Shown here in pieces: positions 12,113 through 22,657 of a stretch of 64,000 nt of DNA. Made by a program: the position numbers and the translations under genes. A model generated the notes under the pieces. The model ran no database searches. It saw only the letters and a list, made by a program, of their open reading frames with translations, and was not told the DNA's origin. The DNA is from Actinomycetes bacterium (GTDB taxonomy: Bacteria; Actinomycetota; Actinomycetes; JAHEKZ01), in NCBI GenBank assembly GCA_024644435.1, contig JAHEKZ010000002.1, positions 36,177 to 100,176 of the forward strand, written 5' to 3'. How positions within the stretch are numbered: the stretch's first letter is position 1; every line of letters begins with the position of its first letter.

Positions 12113-12430
12113 ATGAGCAAGGAGAAGGCCAGGCGCCGAGCCGAGGACCGTGCCAAGAAGCACGGATCGAAGAACCGTTCGGCTGACCGGCCCGCGCAGA
12201 CCGACACCACGCCGAAGAAGAAGGTTCCGGCCCGGTCGGCGCGAGAGCAGCGCCGCCGTCGCCGGATCTGGGTGATGGCCGGCATCTGGTTGGCAGCGAA
12301 CGCCGTGATCTGGATCGTCAGCGGCGCCGGTAACTGGGAGGCCAAGTGGTTGGGCCTGACCCTCACCACGATCCTGGTTCCGTTGATCGTCTGGCTCGTC
12401 TGGGATCCCGAGGGTCGCGTCGACCTCTGA
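12113..12430 (+). CDS. small basic membrane protein of unknown function
   Basis: 105 aa. Lys/Arg-rich N-terminus followed by two hydrophobic helices. Inserted between hisH and hisA. Confidence 0.45.
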   Translation: MSKEKARRRAEDRAKKHGSKNRSADRPAQTDTTPKKKVPARSAREQRRRRRIWVMAGIWLAANAVIWIVSGAGNWEAKWLGLTLTTILVPLIVWLVWDPEGRVDL

Positions 12431-12466
12431 ACGGTGGTCGTCGCGAGCCCCCGTAGAGTTCTGGCC

Positions 12467-13201
12467 ATGTCGCGCCCGTATCTGGAACTGCTCCCAGCCG
12501 TCGATGTCGCTGCAGGTCAGGCCGTCCGTCTGGTGCAGGGCGCCGCCGGCTCCGAGACGTCGTACGGGGACCCCTGGGCCGCTGCTAGTGCGTGGCAGGA
12601 AGCCGGAGCGGAGTGGATCCACCTCGTCGATCTCGACGCCGCCTTCGGCCGCGGCAGCAACCGTGAGCTGCTCGCGGAGGTCGTGGGCAAGCTCGACGTC
12701 CAGGTCGAGCTGAGCGGCGGGATTCGCAATGACGAGTCGCTGAAGGCGGCGCTGGACACCGGTTGTCGTCGGGTGAATCTCGGCACTGCAGCTCTGGAGG
12801 ACCCGGGCTGGTGCGCGTCAGCCATCGCCGAGCATGGCGACCGGATCGCTGTGGGCCTCGACGTCCGAGGCACCACCCTGGCCGCCCGTGGATGGACTGA
12901 GGACGGAGGCGACCTGTGGGAGACGCTGGAGCGCCTCGAGCGAGACGGGTGCTCCCGCTACGTGGTGACCGATGTCACCAAGGACGGGACATTGCGTGGG
13001 CCCAACCTGCAGCTGCTTCGAGACGTGTGTGCGCGTACCGCGAAACCAGTGGTCGCCAGCGGAGGGGTGTCGTCGTTGGCCGACCTGAGGGCCATCGCCG
13101 AGCTGGTTCCCGATGGTGTCGAAGGTGCGATCGTCGGCAAGGCGTTGTACGCCGAGGCGTTCACGCTCGAGGACGCCCTCGCCGCGGTTTCTCGGTCGTG
13201 A
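12467..13201 (+). CDS. hisA: 1-(5-phosphoribosyl)-5-[(5-phosphoribosylamino)methylideneamino]imidazole-4-carboxamide isomerase (actinobacterial PriA-type HisA/TrpF)
   Basis: ATG 12467 ([14 protein letters not shown]...). HisA (beta/alpha)8 motifs ([22 protein letters not shown]). Confidence 0.9.
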   Translation: MSRPYLELLPAVDVAAGQAVRLVQGAAGSETSYGDPWAAASAWQEAGAEWIHLVDLDAAFGRGSNRELLAEVVGKLDVQVELSGGIRNDESLKAALDTGCRRVNLGTAALEDPGWCASAIAEHGDRIAVGLDVRGTTLAARGWTEDGGDLWETLERLERDGCSRYVVTDVTKDGTLRGPNLQLLRDVCARTAKPVVASGGVSSLADLRAIAELVPDGVEGAIVGKALYAEAFTLEDALAAVSRS

Positions 13202-13246
13202 CCCGCGTGCGACGGTCGGCACTTTCCCGATGTATGTGAGCACTCG

Positions 13247-13630
13247 TTGAGACTCTCCGTCGAAGTCCGCATCAGCGTGCCTGCCCCATCCACGGCGGTC
13301 GCGCATCTGGTGGGTGATCCCGCCAGCTGGCCCGCGATGCCTGGAACCACGCTGGCCCTCCGCGTCGACCCGGGTGCATCGCACCGCGAGTACCGCTACC
13401 AGATCGTGTCGGGTCTCCCGGTCAGGGAACACAGCGGAACCGTACTTCTTGTCGACACCGACACCGGCGGCACGGAGATCGTCCTCGTGGAGTCGTTCAG
13501 ACCCCGGATCTGGGGAACTGGCGGATACCTGCGCGGCCGTCGGGAACGGGCGATGATCGACGCGGCCCGGCAGTGGGGCCAGGTCGCTGCTGGTCAATCC
13601 GCGCAGTCCGACCAGGATCGGACAACCTAG
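13247..13630 (+). CDS. SRPBCC (polyketide cyclase/START-like) superfamily protein
   Basis: TTG start. N-terminus SVEVRISVPAPSTAVAHLVGDPASW matches the SRPBCC pattern. Sits between hisA and hisF, where mycobacteria carry impA. Confidence 0.5.
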   Translation: MRLSVEVRISVPAPSTAVAHLVGDPASWPAMPGTTLALRVDPGASHREYRYQIVSGLPVREHSGTVLLVDTDTGGTEIVLVESFRPRIWGTGGYLRGRRERAMIDAARQWGQVAAGQSAQSDQDRTT

Positions 13631-13639
13631 GCTGGTCAG

Positions 13640-14407
13640 GTGACCGTTGCCGTGCGCGTGATCCCCTGCCTCGACGTCGACGCCGGGCGAGTGGTCAAGG
13701 GCGTCAACTTCGAGAACCTGCGTGACGCCGGCGACCCGGTCGAGCTGGCCCGCCGATACGACGCAGAGGGCGCTGACGAGCTGACCTTCCTGGACATCAC
13801 GGCCTCGAGCGGCGACCGGGCCACCACCTACGACGTGGTGAACCGAACGGCAGACGAGGTGTTCATCCCGTTGACCGTCGGTGGGGGAGTGCGCTCGGTC
13901 GCTGATGTGGACCGCCTCCTGCGTGAAGGCGCCGACAAGGTCGGCGTCAACACGGCGGCGATCGCTGACCCGCAGCTGATCGCCGACATTTCTCGGCACT
14001 TCGGTCGTCAGGTGCTGGTGCTCAGTGTTGATGCGCGGCGTTCGCACGACGTCCCCACCGCATCAGGATTCGAGGTGACGACCCACGGAGGTCGCCGCGG
14101 AACCGGAGTCGACGCCCTCGAGTGGGTTGAGCAGGCCCAGGCCCTGGGGGCTGGCGAGATCCTGCTCAACTCGATGGACGCGGACGGTACCCGGGAAGGC
14201 TTTGACCTGGCGATGATCCGAGCGGTTCGGGCCCGGACTCATCTGCCGCTGGTGGCCAGCGGGGGAGCCGGCCGCGTGGAGCACTTCTGTGATGCCGTTG
14301 CCGCTGGGGCCGACGCCGTGCTGGCAGCGAGCGTGTTCCACTTCGGCGAGTTCACGATCGCCGACGTCAAGCGCGCCCTGCGCGACGCGGGTCACTGCGT
14401 GCGCTGA
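13640..14407 (+). CDS. hisF: imidazole glycerol phosphate synthase, cyclase subunit
   Basis: GTG start. HisF motifs ([35 protein letters not shown]). Confidence 0.95.
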   Translation: MTVAVRVIPCLDVDAGRVVKGVNFENLRDAGDPVELARRYDAEGADELTFLDITASSGDRATTYDVVNRTADEVFIPLTVGGGVRSVADVDRLLREGADKVGVNTAAIADPQLIADISRHFGRQVLVLSVDARRSHDVPTASGFEVTTHGGRRGTGVDALEWVEQAQALGAGEILLNSMDADGTREGFDLAMIRAVRARTHLPLVASGGAGRVEHFCDAVAAGADAVLAASVFHFGEFTIADVKRALRDAGHCVR

Positions 14408-14420
14408 GCGCCGCCGGCCG

Positions 14421-15086
14421 CTACACGGCGAGTCGGTGACGCTGCCAACGCTCGACCGACTCGGCGGTCCCCTCAAGGGCAATCGTTGCCTGGTCGCGTC
14501 GCCCGTGGAGGTAGAGGACCAGCTCGGCAGGATCCCCCGTGAGCGTGACGGCTGAGGGCTGGTCGGTGTCTCCGACCGACACCGACCCGAGGCTCGGCGC
14601 CTGGATGCGCACAGGAACGGGAGACTTGCGCACGAACAGCCGGATACGACGGGCCAGCTGATCCCACAGCGTGCGCTGGTCGTCCCCCGTGAGGTCGCGG
14701 GCGACCCACGATGGCTGAGCGCGGCGGACGTCCTCGTGGTGGACGAAGTGCTCGAAGGTGTTCAGTGCCGACTCTGCGCCTGGCAGTCGCATCAGAGACC
14801 ACGCCGGTGGTCCTTGGCGAAACCTTTCGACCAGGCCCGCGTACGGCTTGGCGGCCAACCGCTCCTGCTGTGAGTGCATCCACCCCGACAGCGGGGGGAG
14901 CACAAGCCCTGCAGCGGACGGGTGCCCCTCGCGCACCACGAGATGGGCAACCAGGTCGGAGGTGTTCCATCCCGCGCACAGGGTTGGCGCGTCCTGGCCG
15001 ACCGTGTCGAACAGGTCGGCCAGGTCGGCCCGTTCACGCCGGGCGAACGAGGGGGTGTCGAGGGCTGGATCAGATTGCGTTGACAT
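14421..15086 (-). CDS. TIGR03085-like DinB/mycothiol-maleylpyruvate-isomerase N-terminal domain superfamily protein
   Basis: Minus-strand ORF. Likely start ATG 15086 (MSTQSDPALD...). FEHFVHHEDVRRA region resembles the MDMPI_N family. Confidence 0.55.
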   Translation of the reverse strand: MSTQSDPALDTPSFARRERADLADLFDTVGQDAPTLCAGWNTSDLVAHLVVREGHPSAAGLVLPPLSGWMHSQQERLAAKPYAGLVERFRQGPPAWSLMRLPGAESALNTFEHFVHHEDVRRAQPSWVARDLTGDDQRTLWDQLARRIRLFVRKSPVPVRIQAPSLGSVSVGDTDQPSAVTLTGDPAELVLYLHGRRDQATIALEGTAESVERWQRHRLAV

Positions 15087-15150
15087 GAGTCCAGCCTGAC
15101 TCCCACGGGGCGCCAACGCCAATCGAACGTGTCGACGGCAGAATGGACGC

Positions 15151-15525
15151 ATGGTCAGCGACCCCACCCTCGATCCCATGATCGCCGCTCGGCTCAAGCG
15201 CGACGAGCACGGGCTCTTTCCCGCTGTTGCTCAGCAGTACGACACCGGACAGGTCCTGATGGTCGGCTGGATGGACGACGAGGCCCTCCGGCGGACGCTG
15301 ACGACGGGACGCGTGACCTACTTCAGCAGGAGCCGACAGACGTATTGGTGCAAGGGCGACACGTCAGGCCACCTGCAGTGGGTCAAGGGAGTCTCCCTCG
15401 ACTGCGACGGGGACACGGTGCTCGTCCAGGTCGACCAGGAGGGTCCGGCATGCCATACCGGAGCGCGGTCGTGCTTTGACGCGGGCGGCCTCGCGGTCGT
15501 CGATCCGGCGGGAAGTCCGACATGA
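15151..15525 (+). CDS. hisI: phosphoribosyl-AMP cyclohydrolase
   Basis: 124 aa with HisI motifs ([32 protein letters not shown]). Confidence 0.9.
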   Translation: MVSDPTLDPMIAARLKRDEHGLFPAVAQQYDTGQVLMVGWMDDEALRRTLTTGRVTYFSRSRQTYWCKGDTSGHLQWVKGVSLDCDGDTVLVQVDQEGPACHTGARSCFDAGGLAVVDPAGSPT

Positions 15526-17027
15526 GTAGTGGTGACGTCACGCCCTCACTCGAAGACTTCCGGGCCCTGGCCGCCGATCGACGGGTGATTCCGGTGACCC
15601 GCCGTCTCATGGCGGACGCGGAGACGCCGGTCGGGATCTATCGCAAGCTCGCGCAGGGTCGACCAGGCACCTTCCTGCTGGAGTCGGCCGAGCACGGGGG
15701 GGTGTGGTCGCGGTACTCCATCGTCGGCGCGCGATCGCACGCGGTCCTGAGCGAGGTTGGCGGCCGGGCGCGATGGACAGGTGGCGAGCCCCCGGTGGGT
15801 ATTCCGCGGGAAGGTGAGCCGCTGGAGGTTCTCGAAGCGGTGCTACGTGCGCTGCACACCCCACGCCAACCAGGGCTTCCACCGCTGACCGGTGGCCTGG
15901 TCGGATACGTCGGCTACGACGCCGTTCGCCATTGGGAGCGACTCCCGGCCCAGGCTCCTGACGAGCTTCAGCTGCCAGAGATCGGGTTGATGCTGGCCAC
16001 CGACCTCGCCGTCCTCGACCACGCCGACGGCACCGTTCTGCTCATCGCCAATGCCATCAACCACGACGCCACCGACGCTCGGGTCGACGAGGCATGGCGA
16101 GAGGCGGTGGCGCGACTCGACGTCATGACCGCAGACCTCTCGGTGTCGGCCCCCTCGACCGTCGCTGTGGTCGACGCGGGAGTGGCCCCCGAGTACGTGT
16201 CGCGCACCGAGCGGGGTGACTTCCTCGGCGCCGTCGACCGTGCGAAAGAGGCGATCAGAGCAGGAGAGACCTTCCAAATCGTGGTCAGTCAGCGGTTCGA
16301 GATCGACTGTCCGGCTGACAGCCTCGATGTCTATCGGGTTCTTCGCGCCGTCAATCCGAGCCCCTACATGTACCTGTTGCGGTTCGACGGATTCGACATC
16401 GTCGGATCCAGCCCGGAAGCACTGGTGAAGGTGGCCGACGGCCGGGTCCTCGCCCATCCGATTGCGGGAACGCGCTGGCGTGGAGAGACACCCGAGCAGG
16501 ACGCCGCCCTCGCCACCGAGCTTCTAGGCGATGAGAAGGAGCGGGCCGAGCACCTGATGCTCGTCGACCTCGCTCGGAACGACCTGGGCCGGGTGTGCCG
16601 GGCCGGGAGCGTCGAGGTGATCGACTTCATGTCGATCGAACGCTATTCACACGTGATGCACATCGTCTCGACCGTGATCGGCGAGCTTGCCCCCGGTCGC
16701 TCCGCGTACGACGTGCTGGCCGCCACGTTCCCGGCCGGAACACTCTCCGGGGCTCCCAAGGTGCGGGCGATGGAGCTGATCGACGAGCTCGAGCCGAGTC
16801 GCAGGGGGCTGTACGGCGGGACGGTGGGATACCTGGACTTCGCCGGCGACATGGACATGGCCATCGCCATCCGCACGGCGCTGATCCGTGAGGGTCGCGC
16901 CTACGTGCAGGCGGGCGGCGGAATCGTGGCCGACTCCGACCCCGAAGCCGAGTTCGATGAGTCGGTGAACAAGGCAGCGGCCGTACTGCGCGCGGTCGCG
17001 ACGGCGGCCACCCTGCGGACGCCGTGA
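15522..17027 (+). CDS. trpE: anthranilate synthase component I
   Basis: 501 aa. ATGA overlap with hisI. Chorismate-binding domain ([27 protein letters not shown]). Confidence 0.95.
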   Translation: MSSGDVTPSLEDFRALAADRRVIPVTRRLMADAETPVGIYRKLAQGRPGTFLLESAEHGGVWSRYSIVGARSHAVLSEVGGRARWTGGEPPVGIPREGEPLEVLEAVLRALHTPRQPGLPPLTGGLVGYVGYDAVRHWERLPAQAPDELQLPEIGLMLATDLAVLDHADGTVLLIANAINHDATDARVDEAWREAVARLDVMTADLSVSAPSTVAVVDAGVAPEYVSRTERGDFLGAVDRAKEAIRAGETFQIVVSQRFEIDCPADSLDVYRVLRAVNPSPYMYLLRFDGFDIVGSSPEALVKVADGRVLAHPIAGTRWRGETPEQDAALATELLGDEKERAEHLMLVDLARNDLGRVCRAGSVEVIDFMSIERYSHVMHIVSTVIGELAPGRSAYDVLAATFPAGTLSGAPKVRAMELIDELEPSRRGLYGGTVGYLDFAGDMDMAIAIRTALIREGRAYVQAGGGIVADSDPEAEFDESVNKAAAVLRAVATAATLRTP

Positions 17028-17497
17028 AGCGGCTGGCCTCGCGGCCCGGAGTGATCGCTCTGCTCGCGGTGGCGGCATTGCTCGGGTGGACGTCGTCCGG
17101 CCCGGCCGGAACGGGCCTTGCTGTGCTCTCGCTGGCCACCATCCCCGCAATCTTCGCCGTTCCACCCGGTGGTCGGCCGTGGGTCGGTGGCGTCGTCGTA
17201 CTCATCGGCGGGGCTGCCGCCGCACTGGGAGACCTCGGAGACGGATGGCGGGCGGCGGCGTCAGTGCTCGTGCTCGTGGTGGCGGGATCGCTGACGGTGA
17301 TCGGTGGAGCCTCCTGGCCGGCCCTGTCCCGGCGGTACGGCCCCCGGTCCGGGAGTACCACAGCGGCGCTCGACCCCGGCGCTGACTCGATCGAGCTGTG
17401 GCGTTCACTTGACCGCGGCGAGGACCCGACGGTGCCTGGCGACGCGCCAGGCTCGGACGACCGCGAGACACCTACCGGGAACAGTGCGGTCGACTAG
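17024..17497 (+). CDS. Trp-operon-associated membrane protein (TIGR02234-like)
   Basis: GTG overlapping the trpE stop. 157-aa polytopic membrane protein at the position of Rv1610-type genes. Confidence 0.7.
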   Translation: MKRLASRPGVIALLAVAALLGWTSSGPAGTGLAVLSLATIPAIFAVPPGGRPWVGGVVVLIGGAAAALGDLGDGWRAAASVLVLVVAGSLTVIGGASWPALSRRYGPRSGSTTAALDPGADSIELWRSLDRGEDPTVPGDAPGSDDRETPTGNSAVD

Positions 17498-17506
17498 CCT
17501 GACCGC

Positions 17507-18127
17507 GTGAGCACAGCAGAGCCCCCTGGCCCCCCAGACCCCTGGCAGCCGCCAGCTGAGGGGGCAGCGGCTCCACCCCCTCCACCGGTGCCACCGCCCC
17601 CTCCACCGCCACCCCCGCCGATGGGGGGCTACCCGCCTGCGTACCCGCCCGCGGCCGGCCCCAGTGCCGCGTTTGCGCCCGTCCCCACTCCTGGACCGCG
17701 CCCCAGCGGCAAGGCCAACGCCATCCTGTTGCTCGGGATCAGCAGTCTTGTCCTGCTCTGCCTCGCACTGTTTCTAATCCCGATCGGACTCGTGCCGGCG
17801 ATCATCGCCTTGGCCATGGCCCCTGGCGCCAAGCGCGAGATCGCCGAGTCGGGTGGCGCGGTCACAGGCACCGGGCTGGTCAAGGCCGGAGTCATCTGCT
17901 CGTGGATCAGTGTGGGCTTGGTGATCGCGGGGGTCGCACTGGTGGCCAGCCTCTTCGCCCTCGGCACCGTGACCGACTCCACGACACAGACAACGACCGA
18001 CACCCTGTCCGAGAGCGGGGTGGGTCTGGCCGGTGTGGCGGTCGGCCTGCCAGTATGGGTTCTGGCTCGCCGTCGAACGCGGGCTGCCACACCGTTCGAG
18101 ACCCTCGTCACCAGCAAGGAGTACTGA
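17507..18127 (+). CDS. DUF4190-like membrane protein with poly-proline N-terminus
   Basis: GTG start. PPPPPVPPPPPPPPPPMGGYPP tract, then SGKANAILLLGI...EIAESGG...GLVKAGVI... core. Paralogue of 18800-19126. Confidence 0.6.
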   Translation: MSTAEPPGPPDPWQPPAEGAAAPPPPPVPPPPPPPPPPMGGYPPAYPPAAGPSAAFAPVPTPGPRPSGKANAILLLGISSLVLLCLALFLIPIGLVPAIIALAMAPGAKREIAESGGAVTGTGLVKAGVICSWISVGLVIAGVALVASLFALGTVTDSTTQTTTDTLSESGVGLAGVAVGLPVWVLARRRTRAATPFETLVTSKEY

Positions 18128-18333
18128 TGTCCGACCAGCACGACGACCATGGGTCAACGCCAGCCGCGTGGACCGCCGTCAGCATCATCATGATCGCCTT
18201 TCTGGTTGGTGGGCTCGGAATCCTGATTGGTCAGGCGTGGGTCTTCTGGGCCGGAATCGTTCTCGTGGCAGTCGGCGTCGTCGTCGGCAAGGTCATGCAG
18301 ATGATGGGGATGGGCGCCCCCCAGGCGTCCTGA
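18127..18333 (+). CDS. HGxxPAAW-family small membrane protein
   Basis: 68 aa MSDQHDDHGSTPAAWTAVSIIMIAF... with the HGxxPAAW motif and two TM helices. ATG overlaps the upstream stop (TGATG). Confidence 0.6.
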   Translation: MSDQHDDHGSTPAAWTAVSIIMIAFLVGGLGILIGQAWVFWAGIVLVAVGVVVGKVMQMMGMGAPQAS

Positions 18334-18339
18334 CGTCCG

Positions 18340-18792
18340 ATGGTCACTCTTGCGCCGAGCCGCCGTCTCGCCTCTGAACGGTGGGCGTGGGTGGCCGGTG
18401 GTGCGGCTGCGCTCGGGCTGCTTGCTCTTCGTGACCCCAACCAGGCCGGTAGCTACGGGTACTGCCCGCTGCTGGCCCTGACGGGCCTGGACTGCCCGTT
18501 CTGCGGTGGCATGCGGGGAACGTACGCGCTGATGCACGGCGACGTGGCGACAGCCCTCGACCACAACGCTCTTCTCCCGCTCTACCTCGCAGTGGCTGTC
18601 GCCCTGGGGGTCGGTGCCTTCGTCCGGGCCGGGCGCGCGGGCCACTCGTCGCCTGATCAACAGCAGGTCCGGCGCCCAGTGCTGGGGGCTATCCGGCCGG
18701 CCGTGTTGTGGTGGTCGTTGGGGGCGGTATCGATCGTGTTCCTCGTCGTCCGGAATCTGCCCTGGTTCCCCTACCTCGACTCGGCCGCCTAG
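18340..18792 (+). CDS. DUF2752-like membrane protein (CPxCG motif)
   Basis: 150 aa with CPFCGGMRGT motif and multiple TM segments. Confidence 0.6.
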   Translation: MVTLAPSRRLASERWAWVAGGAAALGLLALRDPNQAGSYGYCPLLALTGLDCPFCGGMRGTYALMHGDVATALDHNALLPLYLAVAVALGVGAFVRAGRAGHSSPDQQQVRRPVLGAIRPAVLWWSLGAVSIVFLVVRNLPWFPYLDSAA

Positions 18793-18799
18793 AGCGTCG

Positions 18800-19126
18800 A
18801 TGAGCTACCCGCCACCGCCACCGCCACCGGTTCAACCCGGTCCACCTCCGGTAGGTCCGGGGTCTTCGCCACCGCCGAACTCGGGCAAGGCGGTGGCTGC
18901 GCTCGTGCTGGGAATCCTGGGGTTGGTCTCCTGTCAGCCATTGGGGATCGCTGCGGTAATCCTGGGCAAGCAGGCAACCGCAGAGATCGCAGCGTCCGGT
19001 GGTCGGCTCGGAGGCGAGGGACTCGCCAAGGTCGGAGTGATCCTGGGCTGGGTCGCGGTCGCCCTGCTCGTTCTCACACTGGTGGGTCTCTTCTTCTTCT
19101 TCGTGATTCTCGCCGCCACCAGCTGA
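18800..19126 (+). CDS. DUF4190-like membrane protein with poly-proline N-terminus (second paralogue)
   Basis: ATG 18800 (MSYPPPPPPPVQPGPPPVGPGSSPPP). Core SGKAVAALVLGI...EIAASGG...GLAKVGVI aligns with the 17507-18127 product. Confidence 0.6.
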   Translation: MSYPPPPPPPVQPGPPPVGPGSSPPPNSGKAVAALVLGILGLVSCQPLGIAAVILGKQATAEIAASGGRLGGEGLAKVGVILGWVAVALLVLTLVGLFFFFVILAATS

Positions 19127-19171
19127 CGGGTCGCAGCGAGTCCGCCGATCCTGCGGCGATACCCTGGAACG

Positions 19172-19984
19172 ATGAGCGTCCTGACCGAGATCGTCGCGGG
19201 AGTGCGAGAAGACCTCGCCGTCCGCCAGGCTGCGCGGCCGCTCGACGAGCTCAAGGCCATCGTTGCCGATCGACCTGCGCCGCTCGACGGTTTCCACCTG
19301 CTCTGCGATCACCCAGGCGTCGCGGTCATCGCTGAGGTGAAGCGGTCGTCGCCGTCCAAAGGAGACCTTTCGCCGATCACCGATCCGGCCGCCCTCGCCA
19401 GTGACTACGCAGCCGGCGGGGCGTCGGTTATTTCCGTCCTGACCGAGCAACGGCGGTTCGGAGGCACACTCGACGACCTGCGGGCGGTTCGTGCGGCCGT
19501 CGAGATCCCCGTCCTGCGCAAAGACTTCATTGTCACCAGCTACCAGCTGTGGGAGGCGCGCGAGGCCGGGGCTGACCTAGTGCTGCTGATCGTCGCCGCG
19601 CTCGAGCAAGAGGCCCTCGTCTCGTTGGTTGAGCGCGCAGAGTCGCTCGACCTGACACCGTTGGTCGAGGTGCACGACACCGCTGAGGTCGAGCGAGCTC
19701 TCGCCGCAGGTGCTCGGGTGATCGGTGTGAACGCCCGCAACCTCAAGACACTGGACGTCGATCCGACAACCTTCGCCCGGGTTTCGCCGGCGGTCCCACC
19801 AGGGGTGGTGCTGGTCGCTGAGTCCGGGGTACGTGGACCTGCCGATGTGGTGTCGTACGCCCACCAGGGCGCACACGCGGTCCTGGTGGGCGAGGCGCTG
19901 GTAACTGGCGACGACCCGCGATCGGCCGTTGCCGAGCTCGTAGCCGCTGGGTCGCATCCGAGCTCAACCAGGGGAGCCACATGA
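19172..19984 (+). CDS. trpC: indole-3-glycerol phosphate synthase
   Basis: 270 aa with TrpC motifs ([26 protein letters not shown]). Confidence 0.95.
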   Translation: MSVLTEIVAGVREDLAVRQAARPLDELKAIVADRPAPLDGFHLLCDHPGVAVIAEVKRSSPSKGDLSPITDPAALASDYAAGGASVISVLTEQRRFGGTLDDLRAVRAAVEIPVLRKDFIVTSYQLWEAREAGADLVLLIVAALEQEALVSLVERAESLDLTPLVEVHDTAEVERALAAGARVIGVNARNLKTLDVDPTTFARVSPAVPPGVVLVAESGVRGPADVVSYAHQGAHAVLVGEALVTGDDPRSAVAELVAAGSHPSSTRGAT

Positions 19985-21225
19985 GCATCGACTCGCATTC
20001 GCAGGCAGCACCCTCCGCCGGGTATGACGCGGACTCCACCGGACACTGGGGTCGCTTCGGTGGCCGATTCGTCCCCGAGGCGCTCGTTGCCGCATTGGAC
20101 GAGCTCACCGCCGCCTTTGAGCAAGCACGGACCGACCCCGACTTCATCGCAACCCTGGCGCACCTCCAGCGCACCTACACGGGGCGCCCCAGTCCGATCA
20201 CCGATGCCGCGCGGCTGGCCGAGCATGCTGGTGGTGCACGGATTCTGCTCAAACGCGAAGACCTCAACCACACCGGGTCTCACAAGATCAACAACGTTCT
20301 GGGTCAGGCACTCCTGACGCAGCGCATGGGCAAGACCCGCGTGATCGCAGAGACCGGCGCCGGCCAGCACGGCGTGGCGACGGCCACGGCCTGCGCGCTG
20401 CTCGGACTCGAGTGCACGGTCTACATGGGGGCCGAGGACACCCGACGTCAGGCACTGAACGTGGCGCGCATGAAGCTGCTCGGCGCCGAGGTCGTGGCCG
20501 TCCAGACCGGTAGCCAGACTCTGAAAGACGCCATCAACGACGCCATGCGCGACTGGGTGACGAACGTGGATCGGACCCACTACATCCTCGGCACGGTGAC
20601 CGGTCCGCATCCATTTCCCACGATGGTGCGCGACTTCCAGCGCGTCATCGGCGATGAGGCCAGGCAGCAGGTGCTCGATCTGACCGGAGGCCTTCCTGAC
20701 GCCGTCGTCGCGTGTGTGGGGGGCGGCTCGAACGCGATGGGCATATTCACGGCGTTCCTCGACGACTCCGACGTGCGGCTCTACGGCTTCGAAGCAGGTG
20801 GCGACGGTGTTGAGACCGGACGCCACGCCGCGCGCATGGCCGGTGGGTCCCCTGGTGTTCTGCACGGCACACGCACCTACGTGATGCAGGACGAGATGGG
20901 TCAGACCGTGCCGTCGCACTCCATCTCGGCCGGTCTGGACTACCCGGGGGTCGGCCCTCAGCATGCGTGGCTGCACGAGACGGGGCGCGCAACCTACGCA
21001 CCTGTCACGGACGCCGAGGCGATGGCGGCCTTCGAGCTGGTCTGCCGAACCGAGGGGATCATCCCCGCGATTGAATCGGCGCACGCGGTCGCCGGTGCCC
21101 TCCAGGTGGGTCGAGATCTCGGTCCCGATGCTGTGCTGCTGGTGAACCTGTCGGGTAGGGGAGACAAGGACGTCGAGACTGCCGCGTCCTGGTTCGGGAT
21201 CGCCACCGAAGAGGGTGGGGCGTGA
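19981..21225 (+). CDS. trpB: tryptophan synthase beta chain
   Basis: 414 aa. PLP site ([17 protein letters not shown]). ATGA overlap with trpC. Confidence 0.95.
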   Translation: MSIDSHSQAAPSAGYDADSTGHWGRFGGRFVPEALVAALDELTAAFEQARTDPDFIATLAHLQRTYTGRPSPITDAARLAEHAGGARILLKREDLNHTGSHKINNVLGQALLTQRMGKTRVIAETGAGQHGVATATACALLGLECTVYMGAEDTRRQALNVARMKLLGAEVVAVQTGSQTLKDAINDAMRDWVTNVDRTHYILGTVTGPHPFPTMVRDFQRVIGDEARQQVLDLTGGLPDAVVACVGGGSNAMGIFTAFLDDSDVRLYGFEAGGDGVETGRHAARMAGGSPGVLHGTRTYVMQDEMGQTVPSHSISAGLDYPGVGPQHAWLHETGRATYAPVTDAEAMAAFELVCRTEGIIPAIESAHAVAGALQVGRDLGPDAVLLVNLSGRGDKDVETAASWFGIATEEGGA

Positions 21226-22031
21226 GCTCACTGCCCGGGCTCTTCGAGCGCACGCGCGCCGAGGGGCGTGCCGCCCTGATCGGCTACCTGCCCGCCGGGT
21301 TTCCGACCGTCGAAGGCGCGATCGACGCGATGCTCGCCATGGTGGAGGGAGGCGTGGACGCCATCGAGGTAGGTCTGCCCTACTCCGACCCGCTGCTTGA
21401 CGGCCCGACGATCCAGGCCGCGGTCGACCGCGCGTTGCAGTCGGGTGCCAACACCGGTGACGTGCTCGACACCGTTCGAGCGGTAGCCCGGACAGGGGTG
21501 CCGACCATGGTGATGAGCTACTGGAACCCGATCGAGAGATTCGGCGTCGATCGCTTCGCCCACGAGCTGTCCGAGGCCGGTGGCTCGGGGGTCATCACGG
21601 CCGACATCACGCCTGAAGAGGCGGGCGCCTGGCTGACGGCCAGCGAACGCGAGGGGCTGGACCGCATCTTCCTCGTGGCACCGTCGTCAAGTGACCAGCG
21701 GGTCGCGCTCACGACGGCGGCGGCTTCTGGGTTTGTGTACGCCGCGGCGGTCATGGGGGTCACCGGCGCCCGCGATCAGGTTGCGCCCGCAGCACGCCAG
21801 CTGGTCGAGCGCACGCGCGCTCAGACAACGCTGCCGATCTGTGTTGGTCTCGGGGTGTCCAGCGGCAGCCAGGCCGCCGAGATCGCTCAGTTCGCGGACG
21901 GGGTGATCGTGGGTTCAGCCTTTGTTCGGGCCCTGCTCGAAGCGGAGTCGCCGGCGGATGGGATCGATCGCGTTCGCTCGCTGGCCGCCGAGCTGCGAGC
22001 CGGGGTCGAGACCCAGGGAGGACCGCGATGA
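21222..22031 (+). CDS. trpA: tryptophan synthase alpha chain
   Basis: 269 aa ([18 protein letters not shown]). GTGA overlap with trpB. Confidence 0.95.
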   Translation: MSSLPGLFERTRAEGRAALIGYLPAGFPTVEGAIDAMLAMVEGGVDAIEVGLPYSDPLLDGPTIQAAVDRALQSGANTGDVLDTVRAVARTGVPTMVMSYWNPIERFGVDRFAHELSEAGGSGVITADITPEEAGAWLTASEREGLDRIFLVAPSSSDQRVALTTAAASGFVYAAAVMGVTGARDQVAPAARQLVERTRAQTTLPICVGLGVSSGSQAAEIAQFADGVIVGSAFVRALLEAESPADGIDRVRSLAAELRAGVETQGGPR

Positions 22032-22657
22032 GCGGCTTCCGCTCCTCGGCACCGCAGCTGTGGATCTCGACCGTGCTGCGTCTCGGGCTGGCCGGGGTCC
22101 TGCTGTGGAGTGGTGGCGCCAAGGTCTCCGAGCCGCGTCAGGCGGTGATGGCAGTGCAGGCCTACGAGATCCTGCCCACGAGCGTCGGCGAGTTCGTTGG
22201 CTATGCCTTGCCTCTCTTCGAACTCGCGCTGGGTCTGGCGCTCCTGCTGGGAGTTGCCACCCGCGTCAGCGCCGTGGTCGCCGGAGCCTTGATGACGGCC
22301 TTCGTGGTCGGCGTGGCCTCGGCGTGGGCGCGCGGCCTCTCCATCGACTGTGGCTGTTTCGGAGGTGGCGGCGCGGTGCCGGAGGGTGAGGCGAACTACC
22401 TCCCTGTGCTGCTTCGCGACCTCAGCTTTGCTGCGATGGCGGCCTGGCTGGTCGTGTTCCCAGGCAGCCGATGGGCGTGGGACCGCAGTGGCCAGGCCGG
22501 TACGGGCGACCTCGGGCTCTACGACGAGTGGGACGACGAGGCCGAGCTAGCCGCAGGACGCCATCGGCGCCCCCCGGGAGAAGACCCGGACCATGGTCGG
22601 GAAGATGAGCATGCACGACTACAGACGATCGAAGACGAAGAGGAGCCACAGCTGTGA
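22028..22657 (+). CDS. MauE/DoxX-family redox-associated membrane protein
   Basis: 209 aa with 4 TM helices, CGCFGG motif and an acidic C-terminal tail. ATGA overlap with trpA. Confidence 0.7.
   Translation: MSGFRSSAPQLWISTVLRLGLAGVLLWSGGAKVSEPRQAVMAVQAYEILPTSVGEFVGYALPLFELALGLALLLGVATRVSAVVAGALMTAFVVGVASAWARGLSIDCGCFGGGGAVPEGEANYLPVLLRDLSFAAMAAWLVVFPGSRWAWDRSGQAGTGDLGLYDEWDDEAELAAGRHRRPPGEDPDHGREDEHARLQTIEDEEEPQL

Noticed and set aside
15141-15179. 12-codon mini-[15 protein letters not shown] upstream of or overlapping the hisI start, as a possible Trp leader peptide
   Set aside because: It has only one Trp codon and overlaps the hisI initiation codon in another frame. trpE is translationally coupled to hisI, so a dedicated trp attenuator here is unlikely.
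19540-21231. 563-aa minus-strand ORF antisense to trpC/trpB
   Set aside because: Fully overlaps well-supported trp genes. Composition is typical of GC3-driven antisense ORFs.
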